A stretch of DNA of 64,000 nt from Octopus sinensis. Lineage: Eukaryota. The translations under genes and the position numbers were made by a program. Location: NCBI RefSeq assembly GCF_006345805.1, contig NC_043015.1, positions 48,608,001-48,672,000 of the forward strand, written 5' to 3'. Every line of letters starts with the position of its first letter. Within the stretch, counting starts at the first letter, position 1. This document shows positions 12,956 through 26,785 of the stretch, piece after piece. Below the pieces are notes generated by a model. The model did no database searches, had not been told where the DNA came from, and worked only from the letters and a program-made list of their open reading frames with translations.

Positions 12956-13002
12956 TCTATCTATATATCTGTCTATCTATCTATCTATCTATATATATAA
13001 AT

Positions 13003-13210
13003 GTGACCTCGTGTATACTGTTGGCGATTTTTTTTCCTCTGTCTTCCCTTCTCTGGATCTTTCCTTCTCCTATGTTTCCGACAAAGAGCTCCGCTCAAAA
13101 CGTTAAACCCTCCTTCTTCCCTGAGCGTCCAATAATACTATATTTGTTCCACGTCCTCGCGTTGTTGTATTTTTTTGTGTTTTCTTGTTTGGATTAACTA
13201 TATATATATA
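13003..13210 (+). mobile_element. TA-flanked short repeat with degenerate hammerhead-like motif (second copy 41383-41576)
   Basis: Two clearly homologous copies in window; motif GTTT-CCGAC(A/G)A-A-GAGC-TCC-GCTC-AAAA-CGTT-AAAC. Confidence 0.6.
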
Positions 13211-14840
13211 TATATTATATATATATATATATACATATATACACACACACACACACACATATGCACGTGTACATATACAGCAGGCGTCTCTCAGTTTCCA
13301 TCTCCCAAATCCACCCACAAGGCTTCAGTCAGCATGCACTGCTCTTTCTCTCAATAATAATAATAATAACAATAATAATAATGGTTTCAAATTTTGGTAC
13401 AAGGCTAGTAATTTCAGGGCAGTGGGTAATTTGATTACATCAACCTCAGTACTTAACTGGTACTTATTTCTTTGACCCCCCAACAGGATGAAAGGCAAAT
13501 TTGACCTTGGTGAAATTTGAACTCAGATTGTAAAGACAGACGAAATACTGCTAAGAATTCTGCCCAGTGTGCTATTGATTCTGCCAGCTCACTGCTCTAA
13601 ATGTGAGATAACTTATCATCATCATTTAACGTCCGCTTTCCATGCTAGCATGGGTTGGACGATTTGACAGGTCTGGCGAACCAGACTCCAATCTGATCTG
13701 GCAGAGTTTCTACAGCTGGATGCCCTTCCTAACGCCAAGCAGTCTGAGAGTGTAGGGGGTGCATTTACATGCCACCGGCACGAGAGCCAGTTTGGTGGTC
13801 CTGGCAACGGCCACGCCCTGGAGACAAAATTAGTGTTGTGGTATTACACTAGAGTTTTAAAAGAAAAAAGCATAAGAGGACATATTATCTCTGATATTTA
13901 GTTACACAGAATGGTGGTGGTTTTGGTCACATTTGTTTAATATATCCTCTGCTTTCACTAGATTGATTTTCTGATGATAGGTGGCGGGGGAGGATTCAAA
14001 AGGGGTCTCAGGGAGTTGTGTCCCTGCCTCCCTGAGCTAGTTTTCCACCACATTTCTTAAAAATCGTGGTAGAGGCCTTAGTCTCAGGACCACTCATGTT
14101 TAGAAACTGAGGTTGGAGGTAAGCAAGGGCATGCTCCCCGTAGAAAATCCAGCTCCAAAAAAGCCTCATGATAGCAAGGAAAATGGGCACCAGCCAGCCA
14201 GCCAGGCAGCCCATAGGTTGGGGTGGGCTGTATCTGCCTACCTCGGTTGCTATGGCATTGAGGTAGATTTGGCCACTCCTGTTAACTGGGACAAAACCCA
14301 GATTTAAAACACTGGATGATGATGATGATGATGATGATGAACCAAATTAAATTTCATGAAAGTTTTCCTACGACAAAATTTTTATACATAGCTCTTATCA
14401 TTAAATTATCCTCTTGTATGAAAAATGTTAGTAAAGTCAATAATTGGAATTCCAAAGTTTCCGTGAATATCCATTTCTTATAACAGCAAAAGAATTTGTA
14501 TAGATTTTATTTCAAGTAGCTGCAGCTGAGTGGCATTTCCCTATGCCACACCAAAAATCTCTGTTTTCCCTTATTTTTGGTAAGTTCTTGATTCTAATGT
14601 TGTGCTATCTCTGCCAATAACATTAACACAGGTACGGGTGTGACTACTACATGATTCCAGGTTCAGTCCTACTGTGTCACACCTTCAGCAAGTGTCTTCT
14701 ACTCTAGCCTCAGGTGAACAAAAGCCTTATGAGTGGATTTGGTAGATGGGAACTGACAAAACCTGTTGTGTGTGTGTCTTTATGTCTGTATTTGTCCCCC
14801 TCCACCACTTGACAACTGGTGTTGGTGTATTTATGTCATA

Positions 14841-15060
14841 TTATGCGGAGAAAATCCCTGGAGAAGGACATCATGCTTGGAATGGTCAGTGGCAAGAGAG
14901 GAAGAGGCCGACCAAGAACCCACTGGCTTGACACCATCAAGAGTGATACCGGAATGGACATAGCCAATCTGAAAGAAACGGCCCAGGATAGAAGTGACTG
15001 GAGGACACTGATCCAACGAGTGACCGAGAGTCTACTTCGACTGAGCGGATAGAGAGAGAT
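14841..15060 (+). mobile_element. RTE-type LINE 3' fragment nested inside a family A SINE (~14630-15215)
   Basis: RRKSLEKDIMLGMVSGKRGRGRPRTHWLDTIKSDTG...AQDRSDWRTLI is a typical RTE C-terminus; SINE halves flank it. Confidence 0.8.
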
Positions 15061-16648
15061 CTGAGAAGTTCGGCAAAAGAAACTGATAGAATAAGTACTG
15101 GGCTTGAAAACAAAGATAAATACTGGGCTCGATTCATTCAACTAAAAATTCTTCAGAGCAGTGCCCCAGCATGGTCACAGTTTAATGACTGAAACAAGTA
15201 AAAGATAAAAGATAGCTGAGTTGTTTTCATCCTGATATTATCTGGTGTTCAGTACAATAGCATTGGTCAGCCAAGCCTGTGTTGAATAACAGTTGTGGAG
15301 ATGGGTGGAATGCATCCATAAAAATCTCCTTTATGGTCTTGTATTCATGCCATGAGATGTTCTGAACTCCCACGAAGCCTAGTGTAGGTACCATCTTGGT
15401 GATCTTGAAGTTCCTGTCTTCATAGACCAGGTTTCAGCTCCAGAGAGAAGAATGTCCTCTATACATGCTCTCAAGAAGGCCAATCTTGTTCGCTTTGAAA
15501 TACTTGATTACAAGATGCTTTTAAGCTTATTACTGGCACTCCAGTCTTGTCCCTTGTTCCCCTTTCTTACACTCACCCGTAAAGAAAGACCTGTTTAGAA
15601 AAGGGGTCTTTGAAATCCATTATCTATATTAAAGCTTCTTGTGAGAAAATTGAGATGTCAGTGTCTTGAAGACAGAATGTGATATGAATGGTGTGCAAAA
15701 GGCATTTTGAAGAAAATGTCAAGTTGAAACAAGTTTAAAACTAATTTTCTAATTTTAATTGCCATTTAACATGCAGTTAAGGATACATCATTGCTTTGCC
15801 AATATGAATAGAAAACATTTATTATTCATAACTAACTCAGTGTTGTATAATACAGTGAATTTATAGTTAATAGTAATTTATAATTTATAGAATTCATAGT
15901 TAATTACAGTTAATAACAGTGAAATTAGAAAACATGAGCTGGCAGAGAATCTAATTTCAGTTAAATTCTAAGTAGAATCTTGCAGCTGTTTTAAGTGCTT
16001 TTTTTTTTTTTTGGTTATGTAGCCTCAAATAGAATTTATGCAAGCCAAGTTCTTTTTCATTACATATACATACAAGCACACACATATATATAATGAGAGG
16101 TTGTGGCGATGCTGGGACACTGTCAATGGTATGATGACAAGTTTATTTCATTTCACTTTCACAATTCTTCCTGTTTAATAGGTTTTGGTGAATCATTGAG
16201 TTGGACAATAAACATTTATCTAAGTGGTTTTTGAACACATCCTTATCTGCACTTTTCTAGGAGTTTTTTTTTTTTTTGCAAGGTGGACCGTTAAACCTTA
16301 TACTGTTACAGCATTGGCTCCTTACTCTTGACAGAGAGGATGAGGCCTTTAGTTCTATGCAATGGCATCCACTTCAGGGGTTTCTTTCGCTTTCAATTCC
16401 AAAGTGAAGTTCTTGACCCTCCAGAATTTTCCATAGATATATTCTTTTATTCTTTTACTTGTTTCAGTCATTTGACTGCAGACATGCTGGAGCAGTGCCT
16501 CTAGTCAAGCCTACTTATAATTCTATCAGTCTCTTTTGCCGAACCGCTAAGTTACGAGGATGTAAACACACCAACATTGGTTGTCAAGCGATGGTGGGGA
16601 CACACACACACACACACCACACACACACACAGAAAGATATGTATATAT

Positions 16649-16687
<39 letters not shown>

Positions 16688-17486
16688 TTCAATTCAGAGT
16701 AAATAATTCAGGAGAAAATATTTGCGTAGATATTGACTCTATTATTATCTAGTGTCATCGTCATCATCATCATCAATTAAAAATGATAATAACAGAATCA
16801 ATAATATAGGCGATTGCAGGCCCCAAAAGCATTAAATAGCTGAAATACATGAGGGCTTCTATCAGTTTCTGTCTACCAAATCCACTCACAAGGCTTTGGT
16901 CGGCCTGAGGCTATAGTAGAAAATACTTGCCCAAGGTGCCATGCAGTAGGACTGAACCTGGAACCATGTGGTTGGGAAGCAAGCTTCTTACCACATAGCC
17001 ACGTTGCACCTGTCATTGCATATTCTTCATGTCTTTGCTTTAGATAGTTGAGCATAAGTTCTTTTAGCCTTGGTATATGTGATTGATTTTTTTTTTTTTG
17101 TCAGATTTAAACTTTTTGTCAGACAGATTTCTATCGGAGTCCTATTTTTTTAACAATGTAAATATATGTTAAAGGCACCAAACTCGAAGGGGAAAAAATT
17201 TTTCAAAGATTTTTTTATATCAGAATCACCTCTCTCTCTCTCTCTCTGTGCATGTTTTCCCACTGTTTCTTTGTCTTCCCTTCATTGTTTCTTCTCTTTC
17301 TTTCTTACCCCTCCTTCCTTTGTCCCTTCCCTGTCAATCATCACCCCCACCTCTCCCACCTAACACAACTATGCTTTAACAACAACGACAATGATGATGA
17401 TATTTGTGTATTGTAAATGTTACAGAAAATTTTCCATAATTATAATTTTGTCTTTTTAATTTTTTTTTTTTTTAATTTTTTTACAG

Positions 17487-18095
17487 GAAGCTGAAAGGAA
17501 GGTGCTAGAGAATAGGAAAAGACGCCGCAAAGTTGAATTGTTGCGGCAAGCTTTGTCCGAAGATAAATCCCCGTTGAAGAATGACAGTGAAGATTTATTT
17601 AAAGATTTTGATGTTCCTGGCAATACCGATAAAGCCGAAGCATCTTTGCATCCTGCTGATTTTGATATCAATAACATACAGTTGTCTTCTAAGTCAAGTA
17701 GCAATGACTTGATGTCCAAAAACGTTTGTCCTCCTACTCTTAGTCTTTCATCTCCCCTCTTAGAGCAATCTTCCTCTTCTCTTGCTCAAACTTCTGCCGG
17801 CCATCCTTTTACAGATATCAGTATGACTGTCACAGTTCCTGAAAAGTTTCCAACCACCGGTGTCCTACAAGATCCTTACTATGCTGCTTCTACCGATATG
17901 TGTCTCAAAAACAATATGGTCAGTTTAGTAGCCAAAGACAATGAACCAGATATCATCCAAAGTGCTAAACCCCGTAATTTAACCCCTCCTAGTACAATGG
18001 ACACAAAGAGTCAGAATGTGTTACCTTCCACTCTAAATCCACCTGTTGCTCCTCCCAGGCGTAAACGAAGACCAAAGAATCTATCGACAAGTCAT
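17487..18095 (+). CDS. WDR44: WDR44 exon b, 609 nt Ser/Pro-rich region
   Basis: ttacAG acceptor, GTAAGT donor, 203 open codons containing EPDIIQSAKP and PPVAPPRRKRR motifs. Confidence 0.9.
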
Positions 18096-18640
18096 GTAAG
18101 TCTTTTGTTTTATCGTTGGTTTTTTTTTACAAGTAAAACTGTTAATACATATTGATATATATAGACCTGGTAAAAAGGTAAAAAGGACTTATCATTTTAC
18201 CAGGTAAACTGGTAGGCCCTTTTCCCTGAGGCACAATCAGGAAATAATCTTTATTCTCATTTAATAGCTGTTTTTCCATTTTGGCACGAGCTGCACAGTT
18301 TGATAGGATCAGGTGAGCCACAGGGTTGAGTCAAGCTCTGATGTCAGCTTTGGCATGGTTTCTATGGCTGGATTGTCTTCCTAATGCCAATCTCTTTACG
18401 GTGTTTACTGGGTGCTTTTCTTGTGTCTCCAACACTTGTGCGGTCACCAACTAAGTTGCAAAATAAGAAAAGAGATAAGTGCAGGTGTCTTACTATAAGG
18501 AAGATCCATGGCTATTCCACATTTCATAAAGGTGGATTGGAGTGGCTGAGAATGAGATTAGATGATAATGATAAGGTGAAAATGAAAATGAAAGTGTTTG
18601 TTGCTGCCTTGATTGGAAACTGTCATGAACCAACTTTCCA

Positions 18641-18866
18641 TTAATTAAGTTAAGTTAATTTTTTGGCTCAAAAAGCAAAAAGCAAGGCCATGTAGGGGGA
18701 CATGGAGTTATGTACAGGGAGGGTGTTCATGCAAAGAGTTCAGGCCATTTCTGGTCAAGAGAGACTTTGAACTGACCGGTCATCGGCATCTTCACTATCT
18801 CGTCCGGCAGCTTATTCCATGGATCCGCAACCTGGATGGAGAAAGCCCCTCTCCTTCGATTGAGAA
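18641..18866 (-). mobile_element. 3' end of the CR1-type LINE family found at 53055-56130
   Basis: Reverse complement matches ~55905-56110, including CCATGTCCCCCTACATGGCCTTGC and the AACT-like tail. Confidence 0.9.
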
Positions 18867-19833
18867 TTGAAATTACTCTGTGACATAGTACAGTCTTGTG
18901 ATCTTATGTCTGTTTTCTTTCTACTATGTAGCAAATACATAAAATGGAAACAATATATGTAATGTGCTCTTTTCTACTCTAGGCACAAGGCCTGAAATTT
19001 TTGGGGAGGGGGCCAGTTGATTAGATCGACCCCAAAAGGATGAAAGGCAAAGTTGACCTTGGCAGAAGTCGACTTTGCCTTTCATCCTTTCAGGATTGAT
19101 AAAAATAAGTACCAATTGGGCACTGGGGTTGATCTAATTGACTGGCCCCCTCCCCAAAATTTTCAGGCTTTGTGCCTAGAAAAGAATATATGTAATGTGT
19201 ATGATGGCAAGCTGGGAAAATTGTTAGCCCACCTGGCAAAATGTTTAGTGGCATTTCGTTTCTCTTTACATTTTGAGTTCGAATGCTGCCGTGGTCAGCC
19301 TTGCCTTTCATCCTTTCAGGATTAATAAAATAAGTACCAGTTGCGCACTAGGGTTAATCTAATCAACTTACTCACTTCCCTGAAATTGCTGTACTTGTGT
19401 CAAAATTTGATACAGCTATATGTAATATATCAATGGGTAGGAGAGCTCAAAACAAAAAAAAACTGGGGTTTTTTTTGTTTTATTTCAACTCATTTGAAAT
19501 GATTTTTGTGTAGTTATTGTAATTTAATAATCAAATTCAGTTTTGTGAGTGAATTTGCCCAAGGTAATCTGAAGTGTGTGTGTGTTTACATTTGCATTTT
19601 ATGAAAGTTGCATGCTATGGGTGGTGTTCTTTCTGTCACTTCTGACAACAAAATGCCTGCTGCTTCACACCTGGAGATCTCTTACTTGAAAATTGGGTAA
19701 GGGATAATAATAGGAAGGCATCCAGGTGTAAAATAACACCTTGATAACCTATTTATCTAATCTATGCTGTCATGAAAAGAATGGACATAAACAAGCAAGC
19801 AAACAGCTATGTTTTTGTCTTTATAATCTCTGT

Positions 19834-20581
19834 TTAACCCTTTTGATACCGACCCACCTCAGACTGCCCCCTGGCCCTTTGATACAAACTTCCTATTTTA
19901 AAGTGTTTTGAATTAAAAACTTTTCTTCAAAATTTCATGTTAATTTATGTCCCAAAGAAACACCAGCTTAATAATGACAAAATTATTTCACTGACTTCTT
20001 CGTTATCTTTAAAATTACCATAAATCCTTCAGTATAATCCGCATTTTTTCCCCCAAATTTAAAGGTCAAAATCCCTTGTGCATATTATACACGAGGTTAA
20101 AAATGAAAATTATTTTCTAAGCAATGTCCAAGTCCCTATTTGCTGTCCAGCAATGTTTATTCAGATGCATTTTGTGATGTTGGACGCAAAAATACCTTAA
20201 GCTAAGCCTGAAAGCAATGAAGTCATAAAAGAATCATCCATAACTTGCAGTAAGCAATATTTATTAAATGTTATTACTGTTATTTCTTTATTTTCTGCAA
20301 ACAAAATGTACAAAAAAGCTACACGTTTGCATTATGTTATATATACAATAATAATAAAGGACATTACCGCATACATTTTTACAAACCAAGGATGCTATAT
20401 AGACCTCCTTGACTCAAGTTAGAGAAGGGGTGCGTATTATACACAAGGTTTAGGTTTTTCAGAGGTACAGCCCCCTAAAAATCCCCTGCGTATTATACTC
20501 AAGGGCAGACTATACTCGAGGATTTACGGTAATTGAAACAAAGCCAAGGTCTTTCAAAAGAGATATGCTAACAACGGTTAA
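19834..20581. mobile_element. TTAA-flanked MITE (piggyBac-like) carrying a nested MITE
   Basis: TTAACCCTTTTGATA ... CGGTTAA; uninterrupted relative at 38737-38956. Confidence 0.75.
20016..20531. mobile_element. TA-flanked MITE with ~28-bp TIRs (Tc1/mariner/pogo-like)
   Basis: TACCATAAATCCTTCAGTATAATCCGC ... GCAGACTATACTCGAGGATTTACGGTA. Confidence 0.8.
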
Positions 20582-20927
20582 TGATGATGAAAATCTAGGA
20601 ATTTAGTCCACAGTTGGTAGCATTTTTGTGAACTAACAGAATTTATTTACATTATACCATCTTCTGAACTTCCAGAATTTGATTTTCAGGTGCGTGGGGG
20701 AGGGGTCAATAAAATATATACCTGTAATATATTGAGGGTCATTCGAATAAACCATACACCTTTCCCCTTAATCTGAACCAATGTACAAAATTACAAAAGG
20801 ATTAATTACATATAATACTGAAAGACGTGTGATATCAAAGTGCTAAAAGATGCATATTGATATATGTACTCAGCACACACATATACACACACTTCATGCA
20901 CACACCCACTTCATACACACACACACA

Positions 20928-20958
<31 letters not shown>

Positions 20959-21144
20959 CACATCCTTACTTGGAAATAAATGAGGGCTGGTAACTGGAAG
21001 AGCATCCGGCTATAGAAAAGTGTGCCTCAACAAATTTTGTTTGACACATTGAAGCATGGAAAAGTAGATATTAAATAATAATAATGATAATAATGATGAT
21101 GATGGACGATGATGACAGCAACAGTAGCAGTGGTGATTGTTACT

Positions 21145-21176
<32 letters not shown>

Positions 21177-21664
21177 TAGTATTAAGGCAGTGAGCTGGCA
21201 GAATCGTTAGCACGCCGGGTGAAATGCTTAGCAGCATTTTGCCTTTTCTTACATTCTGAGTTCAAATTCTGCCGAGGTCGACTTTGCCTTTCATCCTTTC
21301 GGGGTCAATAAATTAAGTACCAGTGAAACACTGGGGTCATGTAACCAATTAGTCCCCACCCTCAAAATTTCTGGCCTTGTACCTATAGTAGAAAGGATTA
21401 TTATTACTATTATTATTATTATTATTATCATCATCATCATAAAGGTGGCGAGCTGGCAGAATCCTTAGTATGCTGGGCAAAATGCTTAGCGGTATTTCAT
21501 CCATCTTTATGTTCTGAGTTCAACTTCCGCTGAGGTCAACTTTTCTTTTCATCCCTTCGAGGTCAACAAAAATAAGTACTAGTTGAGTACTGGGGTCAAT
21601 GCAATCAACTTATCCCCTCCCCCAAAATTACTGGTCTTGTGCCAAAATTTGAAGCCGTTATCAC

Positions 21665-21990
21665 TATTATTATTATTATTATTGTTATTATTATTATTAT
21701 TATTTTCATTGACACATTTTCTCTGGCAGATATACTGACAGAATACCAAAAGAGCAAGCCATATCAAATGGCCAAAGATCCTTTGGGTCATTCCTTTTTC
21801 AGTCTTTAGAATCCTTGCTGTTCTTGCAACAGCTCCATTCTGATGCTAATTCTTAGCTTCTCAAGCCATGCATCCAATCTTTTGCAAACTGCTCTCAGTT
21901 TGCCAACCATAATCGGTACCACCTGTATGTGCCTGAATCTCCATAGTTTCCTGAGGTCTCACTTCAGCTCCTGATAATGAGGATATTGTT
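21665..21990 (-). mobile_element. 3' fragment of an R4/Dong-like LINE with (AAT)n tail
   Basis: Decayed peptide YQELK*DLRKLWRFRHIQVVPIMVGKLRAVCKRLDAWLEKLRISIRMELLQ..TARILK resembles R4/Dong C-termini; ends in an AAT microsatellite. Confidence 0.6.
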
Positions 21991-22097
21991 GTTTTTGTTA
22001 TTGTTGTTGTTGTTATTATTGTTGGCGTTAGGAAGGGCATCCAGCTGTAGAAACTCTGCCAGATCAGATTGGAGTCTGGTTCGCCAGACCTCAATCA

Positions 22098-23852
22098 AAT
22101 CGTCCAACCCATGCTAGCATGGAAAGCGGACGTTAAATGATGATGATGATTATTATTATTGAGAGAGCAGCGCATGCCATCAAAGTGACACTAGGGTACA
22201 AATATACAAAGCCCAATATACTCATCATGGCTACCTGTCTGATAATCGTCCAACCCATTCTAGCATGGAAAGGACATTAAATGATGATGATGATTATTTA
22301 TTAACACAGCAGCAGTGCATGCCATCAAAGTGACACTAGGGTACAAATATACAAAGCCCATATACTCAGATGGCTACCGTCTGATAATCGTCCAACCCAT
22401 CTAGATGGAAAGGGACGTTCAATGATGATCATGATATTATATTGAGAGAGCAGCGCATGCCATCAAAGTGAACTAGGGTTACAAATATACAAAGCCCAAT
22501 ATATCATCATGGCTACCTGTCTATAATCGTCCAACCCATTCTAGCATGGAAAGCGGACGTTAAATGATGATGATTGATTATTATTATTGAGAGAGCAGTG
22601 CATTGCCATCAAAGTGACACTAGGGTACAAATATACAAGCCCAATATACTCATCATGGCTACCTGTCTGATAATCGTCCAACCCATTCTAGCATGCGAGG
22701 AAGCGGACGTTAAATGATGATGATGATATTATTATTGAAGCGAGAGCAGCGCATTGCCATCAAAGTGAAACTAGGGTACAAATATACAAAGCCCAATATA
22801 CTATCATGGGGCTACCTGTCTGATAATCGTCCAACCCATTCTAGCATGAAAGCGGACGTTAAATGATGATGATGATTATTATTGATTGAGAGAGCAGTGC
22901 ATGCCATCAAAGTGACACTAGGGTACAAATATACAAACACCCAATATATTCATCATGGCTACCTGTTGTCTGATAATCGTTCCAACCCATTCTAGCATGG
23001 AAAGCGGACGTTAAATGATGATGATGATTATTATTATTGAGAGGCAGCGATGCCATCAAAGTGACACTGGGTACAAATATACAAAGCCCAATATACTCAT
23101 CATGGCTACCTGTCTGATAATCGTTCAACCCATTCTAGCATGGAAAGCGGACGTTAAATGATGATGATGATTATTATTATTGATGAGAGCAGCGCATGCC
23201 ATCAAAAAGTGACACCTAGGGTAAAAATATCAAAAGCCCAATATACTCATCATGGCTACCTGTCTGATAATCGTCCAACCCATTCTAGCATGGAAAGCGG
23301 ACGTTAAATGATGATGATGATTATTATTATTGAGAGAGCAGTGCATGCCATCAAAGTGACACTAGGGTACAAATATACAAAGCCCAATATACTCATCATG
23401 GCTACCTGTCTGATAATCGTCCAACCCATTCTAGCATGGAAAGCGGACGTTAAATGATGATGATGATTATTATTATTGAGAGAGCAGTGCATGCCATCAA
23501 AGTGACACTAGGGTACAAATATACAAAGCCCAATATACTCATCATGGCTACCTGTCTGATAATCGTCCAACCCATTCTAGCATGGAAAGCGGACGTTAAA
23601 TGATGATGATGATTATTATTATTGAGAGAGCAGCATGCATGCCATCAAAGTGACACTAGGGTACAAATATACAAAGCCCAATATCATCATGGTACTCCTG
23701 TCTGATAATCGTCCAACCCATTCTAGCATGGAAAGCGGACGTTAAATGATGATGATGATTATTATTATTGAGAGAGCAGTGCATGCCATCAAAGTGACAC
23801 TAGGGTACAAATATACAAAGCCCAATATACTCATCATGGCTACCTGTCTGAT
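22098..23852. repeat. 12-copy tandem array of a 146-bp unit
   Basis: Unit starts (AATCGT) at 22098, 22244, 22386, 22525, 22672, 22825, 22975, 23119, 23269, 23415, 23561, 23707. Confidence 0.95.
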
Positions 23853-24945
23853 AAGGGTGCACTAGGCATATGCATCACAACCATATGTGGACGACATGGT
23901 GATCTCATATCAAGATAAACAGCACATGACCTTGCAGGTGGGGCCCAGTTAGAATTTTCTTCAGGTCATCCTGCTGAAAAGGTCCCTGAATAAGGGTTGT
24001 TTAAGGATGTTGGACAAAACACCCATATTTCCAGAGGTGAATTATCCGAACTCGAAAGAATTCCTCTGAACATATGGCTATGATGCTTCCTGACTACTTC
24101 TGCTCGTGATCAGAGACGCACATATTGTCAACCACCAAGGGACATGCTCAACTGGTGAAGGTCAAGCAATTGACAAGCAAATCTGTGGTATTGAGCAGAA
24201 TATTTGCTGTAACCCATCTTTTATACCAAGACAAAACATGTACATGGTAACACTTCCAATCAGTTAAAATCTGTAGCCCTGAAAGTCACTGCCTGATACT
24301 GTATCAGGGCATTATTACCATGGAGACACCAAGCTGGCAGAATCGTTAGCACACCAGGCGAAATGCTTAGTGGTATTTCGTCTGCTGCTAACGTTCTGAG
24401 TTCAAATTCCGCAGAGGTCGACTTTGCCTTTCATCCTTTCGGGGTCGATAAATTAAGTACCAGTTATGTACTGGGGTCGATATGATCGACTTAATCTGTT
24501 TGTCTGTCTTTGTTTGTCCTCTCTGTGTTTAGCCCCTTGTGGGTAGTAAAGAAGTAGGTATTCCGTCTGCCGCTGTGTTCTGAGTTCAAATTCCGCCAAG
24601 GTCAACCATGCCTTTCATTCTGTCAGGGTCGATTAAATAAGTACCAGCTATGCACTGGGATAAGTGTAATTGACTTAATCCCTTCCCACAAATTTCTAGC
24701 CTTGAGCTTACAGTAGAAAGGATTATCATCATCATCATCATCATCATTATTTTATTTTTGTTGTTGTTGTTGTTATTGTTAAGTTGAAGGTGACTTAAAT
24801 ATGAAGGGATCTGCGTTATCAAATCTGTCTAAATTATGCCATAGATAACATGATATGAAAATAAAGAATTATTCTTTCTTTCTTATTATTGTATTTTGAT
24901 AATCACTATCTTATCGAGAATTCTTGTCTGCTTTTGAATTTGCAG

Positions 24946-25083
24946 GAAAACTTGTCCATGTATTGTGTTTCTCCTGCGGAGTTGTTAACACCAGTATCTA
25001 CTGTGGAATGTTTAACCAAAGAACTTCAACATTCTCTTGATTTACAAAGTGCCTTAGAAGGAAGTAGAATAATAAATGCCGAG
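24946..25083 (+). CDS. WDR44: WDR44 exon c (ENLSMYCVSPAELL...SRIINAE)
   Basis: ttgcAG acceptor, GTTAGT donor, 46 codons, phase 0/0; little recognisable conservation. Confidence 0.78.
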
Positions 25084-25400
25084 GTTAGTGTTCTTTCAAC
25101 TGGAATCATTTCAGAAAATGTTTTCTGCCTTGTCAAAAATAATGAATCTCTTATTGTCTGTGTTGTATTTCCATTCATCTAACAATTAATCATGGCTTGT
25201 AGATGTTTTTATTGATTGTTGGTGAATTCTATATAGCCACCGTGTTGCTGCCGTACCACTGAAGATTTTGTCTTTCTATAGCATATCGAGGGCACATCAG
25301 TTATTAGGGCCAATTTTTCCCTAATCTACATCCATAAATGAATAAGGAATACCGCTGCAAGCTAACGAAATATCCATGGATATCACAAAGTTTCTATCTA

Positions 25401-25812
25401 TAGGCGCAGGAGTGGCTATGTGGTAAGTAGCTTGTTTACCAACCACATGGTTCTGGGTTCAGTCCCACTGCGTGACACCTTGGGCAAGTGTCTTCTACTA
25501 TAGCCTCGGGCCGACCAAAGCCTTGTGAGTGGATTTGGTAGACGGTAACTGAAAGAAGCCTGTCGTATATATGGATATATATGTGTGTGTATGTTTGTGT
25601 GTCTGTGTTTGTCCCCCTAGCATTGCTTGACAACCAATGCTGGTGTGTTTATGTCCGTGTCACTTAGTGGTTTGGCAAAAAGAGACCGATAGAATAAGTA
25701 CTGGGCTTACAAAGAATAAGTCCCGGGGTCGAGTTGCTCGATTAAAGGCAGTGCTCCAGCATGGCCGCAGTCAAAATGACTGAAACAAGTAAAAAGAGAG
25801 AAAGAGAAAGAG
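25401..25812 (+). mobile_element. SINE family A, near full length
   Basis: tRNA-like head, CACCTTGGGCAAGTGTCTT (CORE-like) block, internal TA/TG tract, AAAGAG tail. Confidence 0.85.
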
Positions 25813-26109
25813 AATATTATAAAAGACACTCTATTGGTGTTTTTTTTTCTACATGGTAATTGTTGAAATGATACATACTAGTTTATGCTTTGGCTAATAG
25901 TCAGAACCCTCATTGGATTGCCATCTTTAGCAACTTTACTAATATAGAGAGAAGAATAAATATATTTTATCTCATAAAATTAGAAATTATGCCAAAGAAA
26001 CTGTTTAATGCAGCATTAGCTTTAGAATATCTAAGATGATATCAAGACATTTTGTAAATGTTCCATCGCCATTTGGCAAAGAAGACAATTTAAAAAAAAA
26101 ATAATAATG

Positions 26110-26785
26110 AAATTATTGTATACAGTGTCAGAAAGTGTGTATAAAGTGTATGCAGTAATGTACAAATGTCTGGAAAGCGAACAATGTATGAGTCAGATAC
26201 ATGCTTGTGTATGTATGGAGGGGAGAAGATCAGGTGTAGTGTTGGCGAATCTCAGAAAGCATGGAAGTTTTGAAGGATGCAGTGCTCTGACAACTAACAA
26301 CTGATGCCGGCAGTTTGTTCCATGCTTCAGCAACTCTCAGCGTGAAAAAAATGTTTCCTAAAGTCATGGGAGCTGTGCTGTTTTCTGACTTTGTAAATAT
26401 GTTCACGTGTGTTAGACGAGTGGAGTTTGAAAAGGTGCTCAGAGTTATTGTTTGTAAGATGGTTGAAAATTTTATGGGTGTCTACCAAGTCAGCTGCCAG
26501 ACGTCGGAGTTTCAATGTATCCATGCCCAGGGAAGTAAGGCGTTCAGAATATGGCAAATGCCTGATGGAGGGTATTCTTTTGTTTGCACATCACTGAACG
26601 GCTTCCAGACGATTAATATCCTGGGCAAGATAGGGGTTCCAGACCGGTGATGCAAATTCCAGGTGAGGTCTTACCATAGCTATATAAAGCCGCAGATAGA
26701 TAGCCGGAGAGCGGCTCACAAAGGACCTTACATCCTCTCTCAGATTTTCTTCCTTGGGAAAATGTGGATGCAAGGTTTAAGTGGA
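26110..26785 (-). mobile_element. CR1-type LINE 3' fragment (different family from 53055-56130)
   Basis: LYIAMVRPHLEFASPVWNPYLAQDINRLEAVQ and YSERLTSLGMDTLKLRRLAADL are post-RT CR1 motifs. Confidence 0.85.

Noticed and set aside
22098-23852. CRISPR-like appearance of the 146-bp array
   Set aside because: No unique spacers, units are whole duplications of retroposon tails, no cas genes, eukaryotic intron.
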